Positions 26,195-38,134 of a stretch of DNA of 64,000 nt are shown piece by piece; the stretch's first letter is position 1; every line of letters begins with the position of its first letter. The stretch covers positions 4,216,001 through 4,280,000 of the forward strand of contig CM119383.1 of the NCBI GenBank assembly GCA_051294905.1, given 5' to 3'. The notes below the pieces were generated by a model. It saw only the letters and a list, made by a program, of their open reading frames with translations. It had not been told where the DNA came from and did not search any database. The DNA is from Botryllus schlosseri (taxonomy: Eukaryota). The position numbers and the translations under genes were made by a program.

Positions 26195-27623
26195 CTGACT
26201 CCTCGGATGGTCTGATCATGTCAACAATATAAAAACTATAATCTCGCGTGGTGTCAGGGCTCTCTATCACCGTAAAAATTTAATTCCTCATCAAACTCTC
26301 AGATCAGTCTACTATATGCCTTAATTCACTGCTAACTCATTTATGGGATCCTACTTTGGGGACCTGCGGCAAATAAACATCTGCAAAAATTGCAAGTCTT
26401 GCAAAACCGAGCCATACGAATTCTCTGTCGGAAATCTAGATATGAAAATTGTAATAGCATGTATCGAAGCGTTGGAATATTGAAAGTGAAGACATTTTCA
26501 AATTTGAGGTAATGAAATTTATGCATAGCTATCATCAGGGTGAACTGCAGGGTTGTAACCAAGTCACAAGGCTCCGAGTCACAAGTCAATCTCACTTTTA
26601 TAGTTTTGACTCGAGTCAAGTCGAGTCATTTCAATTCACCACCGAGTCAAGTCCAAGTCCAAGTCAGCGAGCAGAGTGCCGAGTCCGAGTCATGGTATTA
26701 TGACTCGAGTCCGAGTCCAAGTCATTGTGTTGACTGCTCAGTTTCCGGTTGAAGTCTTGGTAAACCCACTTTTTATAACTCTGTTTGGTGATATCGAATG
26801 GTTCGCATTTATAATATACCAATTTTCCTCACTTTTAGCAGTTTATGGTCGCATTTTCAAGTACCAGTACCAACGGACGAAATCCCAATAGTGTGTTGGC
26901 TGAGGAATTACAATGAAATATCGGTCTTGGCCGTGTGAGTCTCGAGTCAATGACTTGGTTCGAGTCATGCGCAATGACTCGAGTCCAAGTCGAGTCAATA
27001 CACAGATTGACTCGAGTCGAGTCGAGTCATTTCCGTATTTTGAATAAATGACTCGAGTCAAGTCGAGTCATCAGAAAATCGTGACTCGAGTCATGACTCG
27101 AGTCATTACAACCCTGGTGAACTGTCACTATATTTTGATAATCTGTTCAAGATACCTTAATTCAGATACCCACCAACATCATACCAGATTTTCTTCTAAC
27201 TTGTCTCTGTCTGTGCAACACCACTCTACCAGTTTAGTACAAAATTCGATCAGTTTTATTGGTGTAAATGTTTGGAATAAGCTGCCACCTAATCTCCGCA
27301 ATTTAGACTCTTCTGCTTTTAATAAATAATGTTTTCATTCTCTTATCTCTAACTACCGCTAAATTGTATTTGCATTGTATTTCGAATTGGTCCATGATAA
27401 TCTGTCTTATTTTTCCTTTCGTTCGTTAGTTAATTTTATTTTTTATTTAATAGTTATCGACTGTGACAATTGCTCCTGTACTGGGTTGCTCGGCGATGAA
27501 GACTTTGTCATATCGAGCCTTCCGTCTACCTTGTATGTCGCATTTCACTGTTACATTTTGTTGTGTGATGTTGATATGTAATGTATACAAATAAAGATTC
27601 TCTCTATCTCTCTCTCTCTCTCT
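26195..27623 (+). mobile_element. 5'-truncated LINE (CR1/L2-group) 3' end: ORF2 C-terminus, 3' UTR and (CT)n tail
   Basis: Translations WSDHVNNIKTIISRGVRALY, YGILLWGPAANKHLQKLQVLQNRAIRIL, FKFEVMKFMHSYHQGEL and HQHHTRFS...SISFIGVNVWNKLPPNLR are typical LINE ORF2 C-terminal motifs. Ends aataaagattctctctatctctctctct. Split by the 26548-27116 MITE. Confidence 0.8.
26548..27116 (+). mobile_element. CAGGGTTGTAA MITE inserted in the LINE
   Basis: TIR cagggttgtaa / ttacaaccctg; perfect TSD gtgaactg. Confidence 0.92.
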
Positions 27624-27808
27624 GCCCAGCTTTTAAATTGTATTTCCGGAATCAGGGCAACAATAGCTTCCGATTAAGATCAACAGTCTTAAATTGGAGT
27701 TAGCTGCGGAAATTGACAGATTTAAAAGGCTGGTGCGGAGCAGTGAAACCACGTTTGATCGTAATGTAACAGCGTTTAATGTTTTACAGTGTTTAGTTGA
27801 ATCACACC

Positions 27809-29311
27809 CAGTGGCGTAGCAGCCACTTGGCGGTTCTGGCTCTGCGCCAGGGGCGGCAGGCTCCAAGGGGGCGGCAAAATGAGGCTGCACAGTATACTGT
27901 ACACAGCCGGCTAAAAGCAGCGTAATTGGTAGTCCTATAGCTGGCGCCCCGTGAGATGAAATTTAATCAAACTGGTCTCAATCGCAGATGTGGTCAAAGT
28001 AGTCACCGTCGCTACTCAAGTAGAAGTAGAAGTGGTGGTTCACAAGTAAGTAAGTAAGTAGGTATTCTACGCTTATTTTTGCCAACAAAACTGAAAACTG
28101 TCAAGTAGAAGTAGAAGTAGTCTAAAATCATAACTACTTAAAAAGTAGTTTGAGTTGGCAAAATCTACTTCAAGTACCTCAAGAAGTGGAAGTACTTCGT
28201 TACTGACCACCTCTGCTCAATCGAAAGCTAGTGTCACGCTGATTCCGAATATGTTAACATGGCAATGGAACCAATCCAAAATAGCCGTCAAAGGCCGATT
28301 GTTCCTAACAATCGGAGCGCCGCAACATAACACAATGACCAATTGACCATGATATTGGAAATTATATCTAGCGATTATTCGGAAAAATGCCGATTTTCAA
28401 ACCAGCACTTAAATTGTATTTCCGGAATCAGGGCAACTATAGCTTTCGATTAAGATCAGTATTGTTAAATTAAAGCGCTCGGAGGGCCTGGCCAACTATA
28501 GGATGAACATGACCAATGACCTTTGACCAATTATGCTGCTTTCAGGTGTCTCAGCAGTAGGCTTGTCTGGGTATTCAAGTGTGACAACTAATTAGCCCAT
28601 CTATCCGCAGGTTAGTGATCTATACTTTGAGTTACGATTTGGTAAAGCAGACCGAGATAGCTGTGACCGAGATAGCTATGCTGACCGAAAACTTCGTCAT
28701 AGGCCTATACAAAATACATGTAGGTTTAATTGTCCATAGGCGCTTAAATGAATGGCGTCGAATGTTCCTGTCTTGGCAATCTGAACCTCGCAAGACAGAT
28801 ACCATCCCGCATGGAAAAATTATAAGCCAGTGAAAAAATAACAATTTGAAATCGTGTAATCTTATAGTTTAGTACGTTTGGGCGTTTCTATATTTTTATA
28901 TGGCAGACAGGAATTCGCGAAATAACATTAGGCCTACGTAACGAAGTCATACCAACGGATCCGCCCGCTACCTTTTCAAACTCACCTCACTCAGCTCTAC
29001 CGGTAAATCAGATTAAGTGAGCAGAGAGATGATAAAAATTGTTAGCAATATATATGCAATTCCTGAATTCCCCGTCATATTGACCGGTTTAATCATGAAT
29101 GATATAAATAGGCGAGTAAAGCTGACTCAGTAACGGACACACAATGTAGACGAAAAGTAAACAGCGAATAGCGTGAGGGGGGTCTGGGGGGTGGATGGGC
29201 AAGACCAACGTTTTGGGGGCTTGACGAAGTGCTGTTACGGCCCTGGGTCTACTTAGGGGGCGGCATTTTAAGCGAGAGCCGGGGGCGCCAGCGCATGCTG
29301 CTACGCCAGTG
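27809..29311 (+). mobile_element. Second CAGTGGCGTAGC-family copy nested inside the first
   Basis: TIR cagtggcgtagcagc / gctgctacgccagtg; perfect TSD atcacacc; left about 600 bp homologous to 25805-26170 plus 27625-27700. Confidence 0.88.
27985..28215 (+). mobile_element. CAGA(T/G)GTGGTCA MITE (agtagaagt-rich), nested
   Basis: TIR cagatgtggtca / tgaccacctctg; perfect TSD ctcaatcg; the empty site (gccaatcg) is visible in the outer copy near 25975. Confidence 0.9.
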
Positions 29312-30019
29312 ATCACACCCACTTGATTCGATACCATATTTATGCCCGTGTCTGAAACTTTGTCTGACCATTGGTGTTTCAATTGTGAGCTGTGAAAGGA
29401 GCTTTTCAAAGCTCAGTCTGATAAAGTCTTATTTGCATCACCATGAATGATGATCGGCTACCAGTTCCATCCATTTTTTCTATAGAAAGAGACTATACGT
29501 TCAAAAACTTGATTTCGAGGTTATTGTCGCTAATTTCGCTTCGGCAAAAGCCCGAAAAATTCAGTTTCGAGGCGTCTATTGATACATTATTTGCCTAATA
29601 CCTTCGTTCACCAGCATTTTTGTCTTTATTATTTTGGCCTTATAAACGCTCAGGCGGTGAGGCTTCTTTCTGAAGTAATTTAGAACTTCGAAGACGCGGC
29701 ATATTATTTGCAATTATTTTTATAGAAAAGATTGCTTGAACATTAAACTATATAGAAATTTGCTGCGGTCTACTTACTACGGCGGGAGGGGGGGCGGGCG
29801 GTATTTTCAACGAAAGCCATGGGCGGCAGCACATGCTGCTACGCCACTGCATTGAGGCAATATTTTGGAATCATTTGACTGATCCGACCCGCAAGCTATC
29901 TGAAGATTTAAATCCGGCCCGCGACGCCAGTTGATTCTAACACCCCTTAAATAAATATAAAAAAATATTATAAAATATCATTGAAATTACAACCGCTAAG
30001 ATTCTCGACACCTAGCGAC

Positions 30020-30278
30020 ACCGAGCGAGATAGTGTAATGGTTATGCGTCCGGTTTCTCGAGCGGTAGGTCGTGGGTTCGATCCCCGGCCGGGTCATACC
30101 AAATACTCGAAAAATGGTATCCGCAGCTATCCTGCTAGGCGCTCGGCATTCACGGATAGCCTGGAGGAGAAAAACAAACGGGGGCGCAGACCTCATGGGG
30201 CCGTATCGCAACTCCGTCGCCAAAAGCATCTCGATGGTGCAGGCGAGAAAGAATATCATATCTCTCTCTCTCTCTCTC
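30020..30278 (+). mobile_element. tRNA-derived SINE with Meta-domain-like core and (CT)n tail
   Basis: A box tagtgtaatgg (30031), B box ggttcgatccc (30075), then ggtcataccaaatactcgaaaaatggtatcc...cctgctaggcgctcggcat, resembling the MetaSINE central domain as I recall it; (tc)9 tail. Confidence 0.75.
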
Positions 30279-32273
30279 CTATTCAACGAATAGGCAGGAC
30301 ACGATATTTTTTGGAAATAAATACGTCTCGCCTGAAAGTATTGTTGAAAATAGGCTATATAAGCGTCTCGAAATGCGAAAAAGTAGCTAGGACATTTCGC
30401 GCGTCATCGATAGACAAATCCTCTTAAAATAGGACAGATAGGCCTATTCTGTTATAATAATTATTTTTATCGGCCCAAGACACAAAATGTAAAATGATAC
30501 ACAATAGACGCAGTGCGATACTGAAACTACCAAATATACCAACTCAATCTGGCATCCACCTCATCGTAATGTCCGATGTAACAGTATTCACTTTTTTAGA
30601 TTTACGCGCTTTTTTCAATATCCTTCTTGAATACGTCGTTGCCCGGGATTTTTTTATGTCTTTTGTTGCAAAGAGACGTCGTGTGTGAGCACAGCGTCGT
30701 TGAAGAGGAGCCCAGATACACGTTCGACGTTTCAAAATCTGGTACTGCCGAGAATCGCACCGGGGCATCCAACGTTGATATAGCGTCGGCTCGGTGTGAC
30801 TAAAAAATCATCATTCGGGCAATTGGGTGGTGATATTGAGGTGATAAATGTGATGATAGGGCAAGTTTTTGTTGCAGTCAAATCCGATGAAAGTTGCACT
30901 TAATTTTTACAAAAGTTGCATTAATTTTGACAAAAGTTACACTACAAAGTTGCGTTTATGGACAAGTTCCGTTAAATTAGGAGGGCATGAGATACTCGAA
31001 TCGATCCGTATCCAAAGCACTGTAGCTAAACTTAGTGTTGGCGACTTCAACAAAATCAATAGCCTGAAAAAATTGACCCAGTAAAAATATAATTTTCGGC
31101 AGTCTAGCCTGAATATTACGTCACATCTGAAAGGATCTCAATTCTTAACGACAGTGAAATAATCAAGCGATCTATTTACATATAGTGGCAAATATTTTCA
31201 GTAAAAAGTTAGACGCATGAAAAAACGGAGAAAAGCTGCAAAAAGTTGCACTATAGGATTCCTCCAAACAACTTAAAACACCATATAACATAACTAAGTA
31301 TTAAGGAAGCTGCCGGAAGCTGTATAAAAGTTGCAAAAGTTGCAAAAACTTGCCCTAGTGATGACTTATATTTTTCTAGTAACCTTGCTGTTTCATTGAA
31401 GGGGAGACCGGGGACAATTGTAACACTTTTCGTATTTTCCAACATTACGTGTTCTTCTCGAGGAAATTTCACTTCCAAAGTTTTATATAAAGAAGCCAAC
31501 AACTCGATAGTTGATATGAAAACTAAATTGGAACTCAATCAACAATCAATCATGGAAATTTTGGGTCGCAAAAATCGCTGCTCAAATGTTACAATTGCCC
31601 CCTACCCAGGGGCAATTGTACCACCCTTGCGGGGCAATTGTAACAGTGGTATTTATAACTAAACACAAACTGAATGAACAACGAAAACGGAAGCACAAAT
31701 TGTAATATTGCATGAAACTAAAGGAAGAGACGTTTGAACGCTTCCAGGCTACGCCCGATCGCATTTATGGCATCTGAATGCAATATCACCCTTCGTGTTT
31801 TGTTCAAGCTTAAAGTGTACAAGAGACACATTCATTCCATCATCTCCCTACCAAGGGCGTAGCCAGAAAAAATATTTGGGGGGGGGCGAAAAATTCGATG
31901 AAGTAAATGACCCCCCCCCTTAAAGATAAGGAAAAAATAGGTAAAATCGATGGACTTGGGCGCTTATTGGATGATTAACACAACATCTGGGGCGGTCGTT
32001 ATATATATTCCACTCACAGACGGATGTGATCAAATGATGATTGTGGAAAACCAGGACGACAACACTTTCGCGCGAAGCGCGAAAATTTTTCATGGTTAAT
32101 GAATGAAATTGGTTCATTATATTGGTATTTGCATATTGCAAATACGTTTTCATTGTCAGATTTACCGGCAGGGCTGATAGAAGTGGTGTCATCAAACATT
32201 CAGCGGGCAATTAATTATACATCTTGAGCAATATGTTCATACCACACGGCAAGACTATTTAGAGTTTCTAGAG

Positions 32274-32715
32274 CAGGGTGGCCAAAAGGGCCACATGAGA
32301 CTTACGAACCATTGCGTGGGCCACTTGAATGGTGATGAGCTTTTTTAGTCTTCCGATAGGAGCGTACCGGATAATAGGTAATGTTGAAAACAATACTTAT
32401 ATTATACGCATCAAAATCAATAACAATTATGACATGAAGACTTGGTGTCGATCCCCGACCTAGCCGCGCGAAATATTGTACATTATATAGTCATATACCA
32501 CGATCTGCGAAAATGTGGCTGGCCCCTGGCTACGCCAATGCGTCGGAGCTCGGAACTGATATTTTAGTCGGCAAAATCCCAAATTTCGCGGTCAGGCTAA
32601 TCAAATTTTGGTTTTTCGGTTTTGGTGATTTATTTGTTGATAATATTAGTAATTTCGAGAATGAACCCGCGGGCCTCTCAAAACCTTCTCGCGGGCCATG
32701 GGTTGGCCGCCCCTG
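32274..32715 (+). mobile_element. hAT Buster-type MITE (cagggtggcc family)
   Basis: TIR cagggtggcc / ggccgcccctg; TSD ttctagag / ttctatag; right half homologous to 37160-37874. Confidence 0.75.
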
Positions 32716-34249
32716 TTCTATAGAGGGAGGACGCCGGACGAGACAGTTGTCATTTATTGCTGTTACTTGATGACTTGCGTAGAATGCTGTCTTCACTCAA
32801 GAGATCGAGCACACGCATGGTCGTAGCCAGAAAAACAATTTATTTGTATTTTGTTTAGGGGGGGGGGGTTATGACTTTAGGGGATATCTCGCGTGGGAAC
32901 ATCTCGCAGAACCGTACATCCTGCCATAGGCAATTTCATCACTACCCTTTATACATACGATTCTTAGACGCACACACACACATACTCTATGGAAGCTTCC
33001 AGTTGCCAACTATAGCTTGTATTAGGCGGTCGTTGCACGGACGAGCCCAAATCGCTGACATAAAGTGATGAACAATCAGTGTGAATTTCGGCCCTAGTCG
33101 CGCGGAGCATAAATGTTTTTTGAAAAAATGAAAGAATTTGATCAATAATATTGGTACGTCTATATGAGCAAGTTGTGTCCATTCTTATTACTCCGTTGAA
33201 GCACGGTTTGGGCGTAACCTCTGGTAGAGATTGACGCTACTTTAAAGATTGAAATCGCTGATACATACCAGACCAAATTAAAAAAACTCCTTTGATCAGA
33301 CTCGTTCAATTTCAAATTAGCAATTTTTAACGGGAGGTGGTGATATTTTCCTGTGCCAGTTGCGTTTATGTTGGAGGGGTCTGATTGCAGGGACAGGATC
33401 ATTAGGTGCCAGCCATTTAAGCACCCGAAAATCTATATCGAAGGCTTCGGAATACATGGGTCGGTTTTATGGTCGTCAATCATTTTGGGAGCGCGCTTTG
33501 CGGAGTCGCATGTAGCCTATTTTTTATATCTTCGTGTGTCCCGGAACGGAAGTTGCAGGAGCTAACAGTCCCCAACCCCCATACTGAACTGACACTCCTA
33601 CAGATTCAATCAACCCAACGACCTCAGGCTACTCTAGTGCATCTTCTGGTACGGTTGTATTCTCATAATTGAGAATGCAGCTAAATTCAATAATGGGTAT
33701 TTGCGGAATAATTTTTTTTCGTGATACCGATAATAAAATTAAGACATGAACGGACACTAAATCGCGCGAAGCGCGAAGAAAATTTTTAGGTTGCATACAT
33801 TTGCCCCAAAATAGTCTAATATCTATTGATTTTACGAAAATTTTCTAAAAATTTGGGGGGGGGCGACCGCCCCTTTCGCCCCCCCCTGGCTACGCCAGTG
33901 CTCCCTACACATATCAGGCCTTTTCTACCAAGGTTCTGTTGTTCAGCGGGCATAATGGGTTGGTCATTCGGTCACCTGCGAAGGTGCGAAACCGACCTGG
34001 CTAACATATCTTGGTTGAATGGGCCGATGATAGTATAGTAAAACGAGGACGCAACATTGTGTGGCGTCAAAGCTATAATGACATTTATCTGTGCTGTAGA
34101 AAATTAACATAAATTGTTCACATCAAATATCAAAATGTAAGTGGGTCATGATCAAAGTCAGAGGACGAGAATTAAGACATGACTATTGAAGTTCGACACA
34201 CCAAAAGTCGATCATCACGAGAAAGGGTGGTTGAACCGTCAGATTCACA

Positions 34250-35140
34250 TCACCACTATTGTATGGCCGTTTCGACAGATGATCATGTTAGAATTGGTAT
34301 CGCAAGGCAGTATCTGTTCTGGTGAACTTCTGGCTGTTGCAAGATTATTCTGCAGTAGATGAATGGTAATAATACCAACATATGAACAAAGACATTCAGA
34401 ATTGATAACATATTGTAACGGGGCAAAAGTAACAGAGTGTTACGATTGCCCCTGACACGCTCGACCATGATTTTTGTCTCAGTATGGTACCTTCCCGGCG
34501 ATGCAAGTCCTATTCTTTCCACCACTGCGGTAGACTATAGTAACATTGTTCCAGCTACACATATTACGTTGTAACTACTTGAGGTACTATTCGTCCAGAC
34601 AAATTATTCCAGACCAGAAAAACTTTACTCAAGAGTCAAAAATTTCGTTTTTTGCAAATTATTCCGGGGTTTCGCATCGTAGCTCAACGTAACTCCAGGT
34701 ATATTAGGAGAGATAACTGCTGCATGCGCACTTAAAATATCAAGCTGATTTCTCCATCCTACTAGCGGTGAGGTCGAATGTTACATTTGCCCCTAGTTAC
34801 ATTTGTCCCCGGTCTCCCCAACTCATCAAGTATTTGGCGCCTCCAATTTTTTCTGGTCACACCACTGCCATTGCATAGGATGTCATATTGCAGTTTAGAT
34901 TGGAAAGAGAGAATACATAATGACCAGAGCGAATTGCAGCAGGATGGGTGGAAGAGGAAGTCAGTAGAACAGGTCGCCATATTTTTCTCGGATGACCGCA
35001 GTGCTGTGCATATGGCCCCTCAACGACACGTCCAAATCCAGTAAGATACTAAGGTGTTTGGCAGAGTTAACATTGGAAATAGTTTGCCAAGAAATATCAA
35101 CAGGTAGGTTGTCATTCAAGTTTACGACGAGTGACTGAAA
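34250..35140 (-). pseudogene. Highly degraded LINE ORF2 C-terminal remnant, interrupted by DNA-transposon fragments
   Basis: Minus-strand translations ISNVNSAKHLSILLDLDVSL (KYLG-like), FLFHPSCCNSLWS (YC..W motif) and SILNVF...FIYC; stops and frameshifts present. Confidence 0.4.
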
Positions 35141-37159
35141 CTTTTTGGCATTGACACAAAGGCTGTTTCATGCAGCTGTCCAAGATATAAGATATACTAT
35201 ATTTTGAGATCCGGAAAGTAGGACACTTTCCAGTTTCTACCGGCTGCAAAAGTTACTGTTGTGGACTAGTAAATTGATTATTTCCAAATTTACACAGCTA
35301 ATTATCAGTGTCGATTAAAAAATCATATTTCCGATTTGACTCCCGCATTACTTGTTTTCACCAATCAGTGTTATGTTGACTAAAAAAGGTCATTCTTCAG
35401 TTCTGACTCCCGTCTTATCGGCAAACATTTCACGTTTTTCGTGGTCTTTTTTAGCATTTTAGGTTGAAAAGGCGGACAAATTGTCTAAAATTAGGACATT
35501 TGGCCGAAAGGAGGAGATTTCTTCAAAAAGGAGGGGGTATGGTAATTTTACCTAACATGTATTCGGGGCAGTTGTTATCAGGCTTGGGCTTTCATACTTG
35601 AATGGCAGGTGCGAGGGTGACGAGTAACTGCGCAGTGCGCATATTTACTGTCGGACTTGGACCAAAAATAATAATATTATTTACCAGTAGTAAATTCTCC
35701 AATATATATCTAGGAAGGTCATTGAGCGGCGCTTTGTTATTTTAAAGATTTGATTAGTCTATTTTCTTCCACTCATCACAGTCCGGCGCCAATCACGGAG
35801 GTCAAGGGTCACATTGTCTGATTGTAGATTATCCTAGTTTTGGTTATGGGGGTGAGGTTTATATGCGAAATATATATTTATATAGAGATTTCAATGATGT
35901 TTTCCACTGCTCAAATATTCTAAAAATATATTTTATTTTTCTAGTGTCCCAATACTGGACCATCCACAACGCACATCACCTGAATGGCTTTACATTTTTA
36001 ATGTTATATTTTGTCACGGTGTCATGGAACCGAGGTTTTCTGTCTGTTTATTCTGGTCGTCTCGTCGCAGGAGATATGGTGTCGCGTAATCTCATCATAT
36101 GCAACTATTTGCCGGTGAAAAATTTAAGTTTAGCCGTCAAAACTGCGAGGGGAAGAGTGCGCGTAAAGAAACAGCGGGTTGTGATAGATCTTTGAAATGT
36201 GTGTATCGTAACTGTGGCTTTTTCGCCACGGGCATGGTGCGGTAATGGCTGTTTTCAACGGTATTTTCGGTGCTGTACTGAGTGAGCGAGTGACGTAGAA
36301 TGTGGAGACATCGAGAAGCTCCTTCCTTGAATACCAACGTTTAATCAATATTATGGTGTCGGTCGTATGTCTCACCTTAGCATTATGCCTAAATGTTGAT
36401 GGAACTGTATTTCAAACAATCGCATGTTCAGTTTGTGTTTAATCATGCATATTCAAAGACTTTCTGAATACTGAGTTAAGTGAATTACGTCATATTGATG
36501 AAAATAATATACTGATTCAAGTAGCATGATATGCACTCTCAAAATCGCCGGAAAACTGTGACAGAAATGAATATGATCAATTGCTTTTCTTTCGCAAACT
36601 GCAAACGTTTATGCTATTAGTGATCATTACTGATTCTGAATGTATTTATAATTTGTTCGTAAATCATGTTTTACTGTGGTTTGAAAAACGTAGCGAAGTA
36701 TTGAGTGAGCAATGCCGTACAGAATACTTGCAAGTTATTTATGAAATGAATTAACAGTCACTGACAGCCAATATGGAATTGGTGTCTCGTGCACACCAAA
36801 GATTCTACTGACTGCACACAGGTGTGACGCCGAGAACCGCCTTGGCACACCAAAGATATTGCGCTAAACGTACCGGGATTCCAACCTGGACTGACAGCAT
36901 AGTCATTATCAGTAATCATAACTGCATGTGCTTGATAGATTCCAAGCAAACATCTGCCAATGATTAACCCATACTATTTTACAGGATAAGATACCCAACC
37001 CACTGTGACATGACTATTTTCATGCCTAATCTTGAGTGACGGAATACAGCTTTTTCCATTTCAAATGCTTAAAATGAGTGGGCCCTATACTTATATAACT
37101 TATACTGTGTTGGAAGTCGAAATTTTGTCTTATAATAAATGTTCATGATTCTCTTAGAG

Positions 37160-37874
37160 CAGGGCTGGCCAACCTTTTCAGCCAACGGGCCACATTTCCA
37201 TTTGATCGACAAATAATTGTGCGGGCCACTAGCCGCGCCAAGCGCGAAAATTTTTTGAAGTTTATAGGTCAATAATATTGTCATTTGACTATATTGCGGG
37301 CCTGTTGTATATCGCTGGCCTAATTTTGCGATGACTGGGCTATTCAGCGCTTGGACATACCGATATCGAAAGATGCGACCAACATGCGTCAATCATTTCG
37401 TGCCTAGGTTTCATAGTCGACGGTCTTGCTGCGAGCCCAAACGCAATGTCGCATTTGTTGAACGACACTTTGTCTCGTAATCGCGAATATAGTTAGACTC
37501 AATCTGATACATTAGGCGTTCTTCCATTTTCACAAAAGGGCAACAATATTAAAAACAAGAAATCGAGTGACAATAAAATGTTGCGCCTAGCTTGTAGAAA
37601 ATTTTTACCTTCGATAAATCTACCGAAAATTATTCTGCTTTATTGTTGTGCACGAAGATATACCAATATGTGAAAGGCTGATGGATCTGTCAATGCGTCG
37701 GTACTGATATTTTAGTCATCACATATCAAGTGTTGCGGCCAGACTAATCGAATTTTAGGTTGGCCTTGCAAATTCACAATCTGTGTAATCCATTTTCGAT
37801 GATATTAGAAATTTCAGAAATGACCTCGCGGGCCACTCAAAACCTTCTCGCGGGCCACGGGTTGGCCGGCCCTG
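37160..37874 (+). mobile_element. hAT Buster-type MITE just upstream of the PHF12 start codon
   Basis: TIR cagggctggccaacc / ggttggccggccctg; perfect TSD tcttagag. Confidence 0.92.
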
Positions 37875-38134
37875 TCTTAGAGTATATGTTTTAATTACGG
37901 CCAAATATTTCTAAAATCGATCTAGTTTTGATTGATACCTAGCTGTGATTTGGATCACAGATACTTTTATGACCCTGCACTCATTTATCTCTAATCCTGA
38001 CTTTGTCATTTCCAATCGGACACAGTTCGCGAATGCACAACATATACTTGTTGCTTCAGAAGCAGTAAGGAGTGATACATAAAATTAATTGGATGTCCTG
38101 GACGTAGAGACACTTGGCATTTTCAACAAGCACC

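Larger units (their letters stand above)
25805..29849 (+). mobile_element. CAGTGGCGTAGC-type non-autonomous DNA transposon (8-bp TSD, hAT-like), outer copy
   Basis: TIR cagtggtgtagcagc / gctgctacgccactg; perfect TSD cattgagg (25797-25804, 29850-29857). Confidence 0.88.
24938..29948 (+). mobile_element. Outermost old hAT Buster-type MITE of a nested cluster
   Basis: Left end caggggtgtca with ggcccgc repeats; right end ccggcccgcg...taacacccctt. TSD is degraded (gtttaaac / aaataaat). Confidence 0.55.

Noticed and set aside
31401-34821. ggggagaccgggg...ccccggtctcccc ends as one 3.4-kb transposon
   Set aside because: There is no convincing TSD, and LINE remnants on both sides of the right end suggest separate insertions.
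30544-36960. Scattered candidate minus-strand exons suggesting a gene divergent from PHF12
   Set aside because: Phases could not be chained into a convincing protein. 33380-33430 is homologous to the transposon interior at about 28740-28790, and other parts are LINE or MITE debris.
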